Assembly: GCF_004010195.1 (NCBI RefSeq) | Contig: NC_057711.1 | Location: forward strand, 125,298,042 to 125,362,041 | Source: Chiloscyllium plagiosum | Lineage: Eukaryota | Direction of reading: 5' to 3' | DNA length: 64,000 nt | In this document: positions 13,937 to 25,239 of the stretch, in pieces | How positions within the stretch are numbered: the stretch's first letter is position 1 | Layout: each line of letters begins with the position of its first letter | Made by a program: the position numbers and the translations under genes | Notes under the pieces: model-generated | Seen by the model: only the letters and a program-made list of their open reading frames with translations | What the model was told of the DNA's origin: nothing | Databases searched by the model: none

Positions 13937-14215
13937 GGGCGGCATGCTGGCACAGTGGTTAGCACTGCTGCCTCACAGCGCCAGAGACCCGGGTTCAATT
14001 CCCACCTCAGGAGGTTGACTGTGTGGAGTTTGCACATTCTCTCTGTGTGGGTTTCCTCCGGGCGCTCTGGTTTCCTCCCACAGTCCAAAGATGTGCAGGT
14101 CAGGTAAATTGCCCGTAGTGTTAGGTGAAGGGAAAAATTTAGGGGTATGGGTGGGTGGTGGGTTGGTGTGGACATGTTGGGCCGAAGGGCCTGTTTCCAC
14201 ACTGTAAGTAATCTA
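13937..14215 (+). mobile_element. HE1/V-SINE-type SINE
   Basis: Same head, core and tail as 11670-11970; splits the host CR1 RMRG|DLIE codons. Confidence 0.9.
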
Positions 14216-17200
14216 ATCTTATTGAAGCATATAAGGCAGTTGATGCTAGATCAGTTGAGATTGATCATTTTATGTTAAACAAAGGCATTAAGTAATATGG
14301 GCTAAAGGCAAGTACAGAGTTAGGCCACAGATCAGCCATGATCTCATTGAATGGTAGAACATAGGCCTCGAGCTATGACGACTGACCTCCGACAACCAGA
14401 CTATAAACATTTTAATGCTTAATATAATTCCAACCAGTGAACCATTGCAGCACCCCCCCCCCACCCCTCACCCACCTAGCCCCAGTTTCCATGGACTTCA
14501 GTGGGGCTAGAACTCCTTTGATCTGCACTAAATCTTTGAATGCCTTGATCTCAAAGGCAATCTCATCTGCTTTCTGGAATTCAGCTCTTACTCGCATAAT
14601 GAGATCAAATCATTAATGAGATTTGGCACTAACCTGCTTATGAAACCCTCATTCATATGTTTATCTTGCTCAAGCTCTTATTCTAGTAAGCATGCTAAGA
14701 GACACTTCTATGACTGTATAATTAAAGCCTGTAAGCAGCCTTCCTAGCAGCATTCTATTTATCCATCCCGTCAGCCACTACTTCAAAAAAAATTGTCAAA
14801 TATGACTTTCTTCAGCAAATCCACACCAACTTGCTGTTTAATGCATTCGTGAAATGCTTGCTAATTGTATCTCAAATAATCAGGAACTATAACTGGAATC
14901 AGAAGGATTGACTCAGTTAAAAAAGAGTTAGCATTGCATCAAATGGCTGTTTCTTGCTTTTCTCTAGCTGTGCCAACAACTATCTTTATCACCCTTTAGT
15001 AGGGATGAGTTATTACTTTTAAGGATCATAGATCCCTAAGTCTTAAGATTTCTCTAGCAAATGAATCACACAGATAACATGAATAATTAATTCAAAAGCT
15101 GGTTGTAAGAGTTTAAGAAAATAAATTGCGTTGCTAATTTCTGCATTATTAATTGAAACTACCCATAACACTTAGAGCTGATACAATAAGCATTGAATGT
15201 CATTATCATCATAAAAGATTTAGGCACAGCTTGAGTATCGGACTGAGAAATGATTACCACATCGTTTGATGTAAAACGTTCAGCTACTAGGGATTATAAA
15301 AAATAGCTGGTGCATTACTAGTTAATCATATTGACAAGCTAATATAAGTCTCTGAAAATTTGGTAACTATTAAGCTGATTCTTCTGCTTAACATTGGCTT
15401 CTCAATATATCATATGACCATTTCTAATGTTCAAGATGTATGGTGTGTTATCCAGTTACTGTCATTTCATGCTGTAAATGTATCCTGACAAATACCAGTG
15501 TAAATACTAGTCCCAAGGTCAATTAGGGATGAACAACTAATGCTGTCCTTGCAGCAATGCTCACATTCCATGAAGCATATTTTTTCTTAAAATTGTAAAT
15601 TGAAAATGCTTCAATTCCAAAAGGGAACTGCTTTAAAAATTGAGTGAAACTGACAGACTAAATTAATGCTGCTTCAGGTATACAGCTTTGTGCAAATCAG
15701 GTTTATTACTGATCAGCTACAGTGGCTGCATAAACGGCATTACACTATTGTTAGCTTTCTGTCTTACAACAATAATTTGCATGATGGCCACCTCTGTGCC
15801 AAGCATCATCTTGTGTGACTCAGAAGCCTCACTGCTACAGAGGAAGACAGTGAGTGAAGAAGGTGGGTGTTCACTGGCTTATCTTTCATTGAGTTCCTTA
15901 CAAAAAAGCCTATGCCCTGAACAAGCATTTCCACAGAACTCTTCCCCTGCCAGATGAACATGTCAGCTTTGTGGTTCTCTCATCCACTCTCAGCAACTCT
16001 TGTCTCTTGTATGGCCAGTCACATTCAATACTGATCTCAACATTATCACATTCCTGAATCAATACAGTGCATACAGTTTTGATGTTCTAAAGTTTACATC
16101 TTATTTTAATTTTTTTATTTCTTTCCCTGGTGCGATGGTTTCCACTCAGTTGATAAACAAGGCCCCAAAGTCTCATTAAAGCAGATGGACCATGATGATC
16201 AGAACTTTACATATTGGGGCTTCCTGATTTAAGGTAGCTGTAGCTGACTTGTGGGAGTAGATAGCTCCCCTAACATCAAAGATACCCCAGAACATCCTTC
16301 GTCTACAACTTCAAGTTGGTTATCAGTCATAAATGCTGTCTCCCATGTTGTGTTAGTGTTCTGTAGTAAAACTGATTGGACCTCTTCAGAATGCAAGGCA
16401 AGGAAATTTATGAACACGATGGCTTGGCAACTATAATGGACCCATGATTACCCAGATTACCTATATTTAATTGCAAGATTTGCTGGGAGGATAACATATT
16501 TAAGTTTACTCTATCTTTGACCTGTGCTCCAGATTTTCATCAGGATTTATTCCCTCAACTCTCCTGCAATATCTCATGCAGCAGAGCTTTTTGCCCATCA
16601 CTGGGAATTTGGTCCATCTGTTTCAAGGTGTGTTGACATCTTAGGTCAGCTTGCACAATATAGATCTGAAAGCCAAAACTCCTCTGGGTTCCTATGAAGG
16701 TTTAGCTTGGGGCTGTAAGGGACCAAATTTGCAAATATTGTCATGAGAGGGTATAGCTGAGGACTTGCTAGTGGAGAGGCCGTGTACTCACAGGAAGAGA
16801 TTTACATATTTGTCTCTACTGTTTGCACTTCTGCTAGCTGGGTTGTCAGCTGAAATGGAGAAGCAAACTAGCATGCAAAAAGAAAAAAATCTCACTAATA
16901 GCATTGTCTTTTTTAGGTAGACAATAGTATCATGTGACCTTTTACACCCACCCAAGCAGATAGAAGATTTTGCAATCATCTGATTTCATAATTCATTTGT
17001 TTTAGAAATTTAGGATTAGATTTTTTGGACACTGGCAATCTCATACAGATTACCACTCCAGCCCTTCTTTTTATGAAAGAAGGGAGCACTGCATTTTTGA
17101 GATGAGATTTTGATCAGAACTCCTTCAGAAATGCAGAGATTTACTTCCATTCTGCCAGCTCTTTCATAGAGATGTTAGGGTAGGATAGGGTACAAGCTGA

Positions 17201-17719
17201 GTAGAGGATTTGGGCAGCAGCTAATTATGGTGCCAGGTGGTAGGGCATCAAGTAAGATGATTGCTAGTTGGGTTGGGTGTCACTTAGTGATAGGGTCTGG
17301 GGGTAGGAGGACAAATGGTGAGGGGCAGATTGCCAGGTAAGTAGGGGGCCAGCTGGGTAGACAGCCAGTTGAATAGGGGGCAGAGAGCTAGATGGGTACG
17401 ATGTCAAGTGGATGGGATGTAGTTTCCAAGTGGTAGGGATATCAGGGTAAGGTGACAAGGGGGTCAGGTAAGTGGTGTTGGCTTTCAGGGTAGGGTGGGA
17501 TAGGTGAGAAAATCTGGAGCAGGAGTTTTAATGTCAGATCTAAGGGGTTCTGGTCAGATGCTGAGGGGCCGTGTCAGGTCTGGCATGTTGGAAGGGAAAG
17601 GCATGTTTGGTTTAGTCTGATGCTTGGGAGTTTCGTTCAGTCCAGCAGCAGGGCGGGAAAGGAGGTCAGGTCCAGTCTGGTGTGACAGTGGAGGGGCAGA
17701 AAGACAGTCAGGTGCATAA

Positions 17720-17845
17720 GTCCAGTTCTGAATAAGAGTCACCAAATTCGAAACATTAACTTGACTTTCTCTCCACCAATGTTGCCAGATCTGTTGAGGT
17801 TTTCCAGCAATTTCTGTTTTCATGCATCTGCAGTTCTTTTTTTTG
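17720..17845 (+). mobile_element. PLE 3'-end fragment with decayed hammerhead core
   Basis: ctgaataagagtcaccaaattcgaaacattaac...gccagatctgttgaggttttccagcaatttctg; same family as 29636-29776 and 47060-47190. Confidence 0.65.
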
Positions 17846-18329
17846 ATGTTGGCAAGAATGCAACTAGTGGAGAATGGTTTTGGTCACCAGTCTCTAGCTT
17901 CTTCCATGCGCCAACTGTACCACATATGCTTCACAAACGAGCATGCAACTCTGCCAACAAAGCCCATCAGGAGGAGAGAGTGGCCACACACATAGAACCT
18001 ATTTCAGAACTGTGGCTGCCATACATTTACACTCCTGAATCTGACCAGAGTTGCAAATGGAATATATAAACCAGATATTGTAAGAGCTGAAGGAGATTTG
18101 CTGTATTTATGAAGGTTAAATATATGGAAATTTTAAACCTGAATAGATCTATGGTTTGCCCAGCATGACTCACAGCTTTGATACCATAACACCTTACAAT
18201 TGCACAATCATTTCCATCTCCTTGAAGAGGAGAAAACAAAACAGATAAAATGTTAGGCTATTTGGAGAAACATCACTTGAAAATTTCTTTTCTTGGATTG
18301 TAAAAAGCAGTGCAGGATATCACATTGAT

Positions 18330-19060
18330 TCTGCTTTGCATCATTTTCCAATACCCCTTTGACATCCTTATTTGAATTTGCCTCTATTACACACTCAGCC
18401 AGTGTATTCTAAATCCTAATCACTCATAACATTAAAAGAGCTTCTCCTCATGTTGCCATTGCTTCTTTTGCCAGTATCCTAAAACTAATATTCTTTGATT
18501 CAGGAATCTTCCAATGGAACAGCTTTTCTGTATCTGCTCTTTCCAGGCCCCTCTTAATCTACTTTTCTCCAAAGAGTACAGCTCTCTCTTCTCCCTAAAA
18601 GTGAGGTTCCTCATCGCTCTTACATATTTCACACATGTTTTCTCTCTAATGCCCTTACATCCTTCCAGGTGCCAAAAAAAATCACAAAATGTCAACTAAA
18701 GATAAGCAAAAGTCTCATATGCATTTATCATAACATCCTTGCTATTGAACTTTATTCCCTGAATTATAAAGCTGAAAATACTGGATGCATTATTAATTGC
18801 TTTCTCAAACTATCATGTCCTTTAATGATTAATATCTGTGATTTTTTTTGGTTCCTGAATGACCTTTAGAACTGGACCATTTTTTAAAATGTTTCTTCAC
18901 CTTGTTCTTACTACAAATGAATTGCTTCCCACTTTTTTCATTAAATTTGATCTTTCACTTGTCCGTTTATTTCACTAGCTTATATCTCTTGAACTTTATC
19001 ATGTTATTTATCATAAATCACAATATTTCCAGGTTTTGAGTCACTCAGAAATTTGAAATG
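18330..19060 (-). mobile_element. Highly decayed CR1 3' region
   Basis: Minus translation LTFREKRELYSLEKSRLRG resembles CR1 'LSYEERLxLFSLExRRLRG'. Confidence 0.6.
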
Positions 19061-19452
19061 TTTATTTTTAGACCAATAAAGCATTGCTTTATGATTATGA
19101 TAGGAAGAATACATTGGTAATCAAGTCCCACTTTTCCACCAGTGATACCATTAGAACAAAAGTTTTGACTCAATCACCAAACTGGTAAATTGATTCTCTT
19201 TTGGACTACCATCGAGAAAAGGGGAATTTCACCAGGGCCTGTTGGTCAAGGGTTGACATTTCTCAGTCCATCATGTTTTTCAACAAAAACGAATTGCTGA
19301 AATCAAGAAGATGCCCAGCTTGGATTGAAATGGAGCTGGATCAATGTCTTTATAAGGTGGCCAGAGGTCAGCTTTTCATGTTTTTTTTACATTGGCAGAA
19401 ATATTGATATTTGAAAACTTTATCAAGTTCCTAATAACCTCTCCTATGATAA

Positions 19453-19520
19453 AGAGGGAGAAGAGGGGAGAAGAGGGGAGAGAAAGAAAGAAGAGAAAGA
19501 AAGAAGAGAAAGAAAGAAGA
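19453..19520 (+). repeat. Compound homopurine tandem repeat
   Basis: About 2.5 copies of GAGAAGAGGG followed by about 3 copies of AGAAAGAAAGAAG. Confidence 0.9.
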
Positions 19521-20054
19521 TTCTCGCAATTCCTGACCTTTCCTTGCTTACAGGTAGTTCTCCGATAATGCCACAGTTATGCTTCAGTGAAATCTTGCTT
19601 CAAATGGGAAAAATGGGGTTAGTACAGTCCAGCATTCACGATCGCTCAAAAATCACCCAAGAGTCGAAGGCAAAGTAAAGCGCAGCCTGAATAAAGGTAT
19701 AAGTCATATTTATCAATGAAGCAAAAGTAAATTCAACACAGTACATTTTGAAAATAGTATTATTGCAGGGACAGAAGGTCATCATGATGCATAAGGTAAA
19801 CTCCCTCAATCCTGTTAAATGAGCTATATGGCATATTCTCTCCTTACACTCAAAATCTTTTATAATATCTCGTTTCTCTTCCAGTGCTATAACTTCTTTT
19901 GCATTCACTACACACAGTTTTATCACCAGGATGCTTCTTACTCACATTCTTGTCACTATTCCCCTCCATTTTCTCAAAGAAAAGGGATAATCTAAGAGTA
20001 GTGTACCTTTCGCAGGAAGCTGCTCAATATACCTCTCACAGAAAGCTGCTCTGT

Positions 20055-21505
20055 TTGGAAAAGGATATGGAAGATATAGACTGTAGGGAAACAGATGGTG
20101 ACATCTTGCAAAATGTCCTGATTACAGAGGAGGAAGGGCTGGATGTCTTGAAACGGGTAAAGGTGGATAAATCCCCAGGACCTGATCAGGTGTACCCGAG
20201 AACTCTGTGGGAAGCTAGAGAAGTGATTGCTGGACTTCTTGCTGAGATACTTGCATCATCGATAGTCACAGGTGAAGTGCCAGAAGACTGGAGGTTGGCA
20301 AACGTGGTGCCACTGTTTAAGAAGAGTGGTAAGGACAAGCCAGGGAATGATAGACCTGTGAGCCTGACCTCTGTGGAGGGCAAGTTGTTGGAGGGAATCC
20401 TGAGGGACAGGATGTAAGTGTATTTGGAAAGGCAAGGACTGATTTGGGATAGTCAAATGGCTCTGTGCACGGGAAATCATGTCTCACAAACTTGATTGAG
20501 TTTTTTGANNNNNNNNNNNNNNNNNNNNNNNNNNNNNNNNNNNNNNNNNNNNNNNNNNNNNNNNNNNNNNNNNNNNNNNNNNNNNNNNNNNNNNNNNNNN
20601 NNNNNNNNNNNNNNNNNNNNNNNNNNNNNNNNNNNNNNNNNNNNNNNNNNNNNNNNNNNNNNNNNNNNNNNNNNNNNNNNNNNNNNNNNNNNNNNNNNNN
20701 NNNNNNNNNNNNNNNNNNNNNNNNNNNNNNNNNNNNNNNNNNNNNNNNNNNNNNNNNNNNNNNNNNNNNNNNNNNNNNNNNNNNNNNNNNNNNNNNNNNN
20801 NNNNNNNNNNNNNNNNNNNNNNNNNNNNNNNNNNNNNNNNNNNNNNNNNNNNNNNNNNNNNNNNNNNNNNNNNNNNNNNNNNNNNNNNNNNNNNNNNNNN
20901 NNNNNNNNNNNNNNNNNNNNNNNNNNNNNNNNNNNNNNNNNNNNNNNNNNNNNNNNNNNNNNNNNNNNNNNNNNNNNNNNNNNNNNNNNNNNNNNNNNNN
21001 NNNNNNNNNNNNNNNNNNNNNNNNNNNNNNNNNNNNNNNNNNNNNNNNNNNNNNNNNNNNNNNNNNNNNNNNNNNNNNNNNNNNNNNNNNNNNNNNNNNN
21101 NNNNNNNNNNNNNNNNNNNNNNNNNNNNNNNNNNNNNNNNNNNNNNNNNNNNNNNNNNNNNNNNNNNNNNNNNNNNNNNNNNNNNNNNNNNNNNNNNNNN
21201 NNNNNNNNNNNNNNNNNNNNNNNNNNNNNNNNNNNNNNNNNNNNNNNNNNNNNNNNNNNNNNNNNNNNNNNNNNNNNTGCGCAGAAGGTGGTACGTGTAT
21301 GGAATGAGCTGCCAGAGGATGTGGTGGAGGCTGGTACAATTGCAACATTTAAGAGGCATTTGGATGGGTATATGAATAGGAAGGGTTTGGAGGGATATGG
21401 GCCGGGTGCTGGCAAGTGGGACTAGATTGGGTTGGGACATCTAGTCAGGGTGGACAGGTTGGACCAAAGGGTCTGTTTCCATGCTGTACATCTCTATGAC
21501 TCTAT
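20055..21505 (+). mobile_element. Young 5'-truncated CR1 LINE, same family as 12124-13408
   Basis: VKVDKSPGPDQVYPRTLWE...RPVSLTSVEGKLLEGILRDRM* and GKSCLTNLIEFF, then VRVWNELPEDVVEAGTIATFKRHLDGYM; tail ctctatgactctat. Confidence 0.95.
20509..21277. other. Assembly gap (N run)
   Basis: Run of N inside a CR1 copy. Confidence 1.
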
Positions 21506-22049
21506 ATTTGAAAACAGCTGGCACTGGCGCATGTGCCGAACAATGCAGAGACTTCGGCGCTGACATCGGCACAATGAAGCAGGCAAAACGATCACCACTG
21601 GAATCGTGCGATTGCAAACAGAAGTGGGAGTTCTCAAAACTCCTGTTCCTTAATTCCTCAGGTGATGCTATAAGCAAATTGTGCTGCCAGAAAGCGCGTT
21701 ATCTGGGAACTACCTATACTCATCACCTAGACTGGTCAAAGGAAAACCAGAATCCTGAAAATGCTGCTCAGCAGCCATTAACACAGCAGCTACCATAGAC
21801 TTTTCCAAAACCAGATTTGCAAATAATCAAAGATTATAAATTCCCATCTCTTATCTCCCTAAATGACTTGCTTGCCTTTTTCTCCAGTAATTTGTACAGC
21901 AGGTAGACTGTAGCACACATTAAACTGCTGGCTTCATTTACCAAGAAACCACATGGAAAATGTTTTTCTATTCTGAAAATAACCAAACAATTCCAGTTTT
22001 TATTTAAATAATCTATAAATATACATATATATTCAAATTTTATACATTT

Positions 22050-22830
22050 CATATAAGAATTCATATTTAGATACCAGTATCAAGAAAAGTCCAGTGCCAA
22101 CACTGACTCTTGGAGAACCCCACACAATACGTTCCTCTAATCAGAAAGCATTCATTCATATTTGCTCTTTACTGTCATTCAGCCAATTACAAATCAAAGC
22201 TGCCAATTTTCCTTGTATTCCATGGGGTCCAACTTTGCCGGCAAGCCTGTTGAATAGAAGTTTATCAAAAGCTTTTTGGAGGTCCAGTAGCAACACAGTG
22301 AGATCAATCATTTAAACTTTCAAACAAAAGATCCAAGCAAATTAGTAAAACATAGTTTGACTAAAAAGAAAATCCATGCGGTTTTTCTCTAAATTAACCC
22401 TTATTTGTCTAAGGGACAGCTAATTTAATCTTAAAATTTCATTTCCATAACCTTTCCCACCAGAGAATTTAAACTGATTGTCCTGAAGTTAATGGCATTA
22501 ATACTTGTAATTCTCCAATCCTCTGGCACCACTCCGATAAGTAAGGAAGATTATGACCAATATCTTCTCAATTTCCACTTTCATTTCTCACAGTATGCTG
22601 AGGTGCATTTCATCTAGTTTGGGTGACTTTTTAATATTAAGTACAGCCTATCTAATACCTCCTCTATCATTTTTTTAAGCTTATTATCATTAGACACCTA
22701 ACTTATTGCTATAGCTTAGGCACAATTTGGTTGTAAAGATAAATGCCAAGTGCTCATTGACATCAACCATACCCATTACCTCCATGCATAATTTTCATTT
22801 TTGGTCTCTAATAAGCCCAATTCCTCCTTT
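22050..22830 (-). mobile_element. Decayed CR1 RT fragment
   Basis: Reverse of ttatcaaaagctttttggaggtccag gives LDLQKAFDK, a LINE RT motif. Confidence 0.7.
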
Positions 22831-23224
22831 TACTGTGAAGAGAATCATTGAGCTAATGCAGAAATTATAGTACTAGTCTTCATATTTTTTTTAAAAACAA
22901 TCTTAACATAAACTCAGAGTCTTTGCCAAATGCAAACTTGCACGTACTTCCAAATAGCAACAGGAATATTTAGGTTTAGAGTCAGTTAGATTTAAAAAAA
23001 ATATTTTGGTCCATCATTGAATTCATTCACACATAAACAAAGAAAAAGAAAGAAATAATTTTATTTTTAAAAGGAGATGCAATACATTCTTTTGGCAATG
23101 AGCGAGAGCGTGTGAGAGAGAAACTTGCCATGAGGATTACCATGGCATGTGCAAAGGGCAAGTTTGAGAAGCTGAAACCTTCATAGTGATGGCAACATTG
23201 TCTCTAGATGGATCAATTACTGGA

Positions 23225-23570
23225 ATCTTAGAATCTCTACAGTGCTGATAGAGGCCATTCAGACACTGGAGTCAGCACCAATTTTCCAAAGAGCATCCCA
23301 GTCAGACCCAACCCCTCACATTATCCCTGTAACCCTGCATTTACCATGGCTGATCCACTAGCCTACACATTCCCAGACACTATGTGCAATTTAGCATGGC
23401 CAATCCACCTAACTTGCACATCTTTGGTCAATGGGAGGAAACCTGAGCACCTGGCAGAAACCCACACAGACACAGGGAGAATATACAAACTCCACACAGA
23501 CAGTCACCCAAGACCAGAATCTAATCCAGGTTCTCAGCATTGTGAGGCAGCAGGGTTAACCACTGTGATA
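23225..23570 (-). mobile_element. HE1/V-SINE-type SINE
   Basis: gcatggccaatccacctaacttgcacatctttgg...acccacacagacacagggagaat...tgtgaggcagcagggttaaccac is the reverse of the SINE head and core. Confidence 0.85.
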
Positions 23571-23719
23571 TCATGCAGTCTAGCAATTATTACTACAACA
23601 ATTATTTTAGATGAATTTATTATATTAATGATCACAGACAATATAGAATTGTAGCCAATTACTAAAATGTAATCAAGGATTGATTCCCATGTAAGTATAA
23701 CAGATATAGCCCCACCCCT

Positions 23720-24090
23720 CTCACCTTCTTCCTTCCTAATGTCTAAAATCCCCAAACACTTCATCCAGGTGAAACAACAATTAACTAACAGTTCTTTCAA
23801 CTTAGTATACTGTAGTTTCCAATCACAATATAGTTTTCTCTGCAATGAGAGGCCAGAAGTAGGTTACGTGATCAACACCATCATTCAACCCACAAACATG
23901 CCCCATGCTTCCATTTTATTGCTTCTTAACCTCATATGCTGATCCAATAAAGCTCAATGAAAACTTGAGGAACAGCACTTCATCTTTCAATTAATTAGTT
24001 TACAACATTCTGCACTAATCATCACATTCAACAATTTCAGAGCATAACAAATGTTCTCACTTCTTCAGACAGCTGGTGCTGATAATGATT
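23720..24090 (+). mobile_element. Penelope-like GIY-YIG endonuclease relic
   Basis: PKHFIQVKQQLTNSSFNLVYC and KLEEQHFIFQL resemble PLE C-terminal motifs. Confidence 0.7.
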
Positions 24091-25239
24091 CTGCTGCTGT
24101 GATTTACAGCTCCTCAAGACCCATTTACTTGTCCCATTACCACCACAATTTGCACCATCATTCCATTCCTCAGATAATTGCTCTCACCTTCCACTTTATC
24201 ACAATTTTTTTGCTGTTTTTCCTTCCTCTCTCTCCCATTTCCCTGCTTCTGGACTTGCTAAAAACCTATTAAAATCTGTAATATTTTGCAGTTCTTATGC
24301 AAAATGTTTCAGATATCCAGCTTCCTTATTTTGTCCTTAAATTCCTTTTTGACACCCCCTCTGCATCTGATTGGGTTTCAAACACTGCTTAATATTATAA
24401 TTATGGTGCTTTATAAGAGTAAAATGGTAAATTTGTTTTGTTGTGACTGCTCTGTGAACACGCCTAGAACCCTGTTTGCTTCACTGTCTTAATCAGGGAC
24501 ATTCAGAAATTGATGCACTAAGGCCCTCAGAACTCTTTCTTTCACCCCATTATTTTTCTATTAAGAATTATAGTTCAGTGACTTTGACTTCATGTGGAAG
24601 TGTAAAATGGCTGATGGCAGTGTCAAAGCCTTTTGTTTTGTCTCTGCAGATATTTGTTTCTATTAAATTCAGCACAGATCAAAAGAGTTACAAAACAGAC
24701 TACTGATCTATTATCATTAATTTTGCACTATCAGGCAAAGTCTTGATTACTCCACTAATTGTCAAACATGAGTTCAATCCCCCAGTGTATCTAATTCTGC
24801 TAGTAGAGCATTCTCTACAACAGCTGATGTTCACAAATTTGCAGATAATTCCCTCAATGCTTGCATCCTGGTCATAAATGAAAATAGTTAACTGCAAAGG
24901 AACTCATTCTGATCCCTAGTGAACACTGGAATTGCTGCATCATGAATCATCATATATTTATCAGACATTCCATTGTAGGACTGAGTTATTTTCAATAATT
25001 AATAATATTGACTTGATCAAACAAAGAGTGATTAAAATATATTCTGCTTAATTATAATTGATAATTGAACAGTTTCTGTAGGGATAAAGTCATTTGGCCA
25101 AGGTCAAAAGTAAGGTTCGTGGTTTTTGTTGTTTGGTGGCTCAGCCAAATGTAAGTTTAAGCTAACAACACGTAAGAATGCTTTGAGGTGAAAAGCTATT
25201 ACTGAAAAATAGAGCTATGTGTTAAAATGTGGAGCATGG

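Larger units (their letters stand above)
10250..14360 (+). mobile_element. Old CR1 LINE (EN end, RT, 3' end) interrupted by four younger insertions
   Basis: KSTGSIRLCPRILKEV...IFQESLDSEKVPENWKSAKVVSLFKRG (11173-11370), QHGF near 11487, RRMRG|DLIE split at 13936/14216, and 3' end gatcagccatgatctcattgaatgg at 14330-14355. Confidence 0.85.
19551..21716 (-). mobile_element. Tigger/pogo deletion derivative with transposase N-terminal HTH relic, split by a CR1 insertion
   Basis: TA|caggtagttctccgataatgc matches the reverse complement of gcgttatctgggaactaccta|TA. Minus translation KEVIALEEKRDIIKDFECKERICHIAHLTGLREFTLCIM (about 19783-19899) resembles the CENP-B-type N-terminal HTH. Confidence 0.85.

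Noticed and set aside
14476-14510. 9-bp stem hairpin ctagcccca / tggggctag (a similar small hairpin lies at 6771-6810)
   Set aside because: Too short for a pre-miRNA; probably a decayed MITE centre or chance.
12332-21440. Long ORFs of about 190-365 aa at 12.3-13.4 kb and 20.3-21.4 kb (also 43.0-44.0 kb)
   Set aside because: They are artefacts of translating through N gaps inside transposons.
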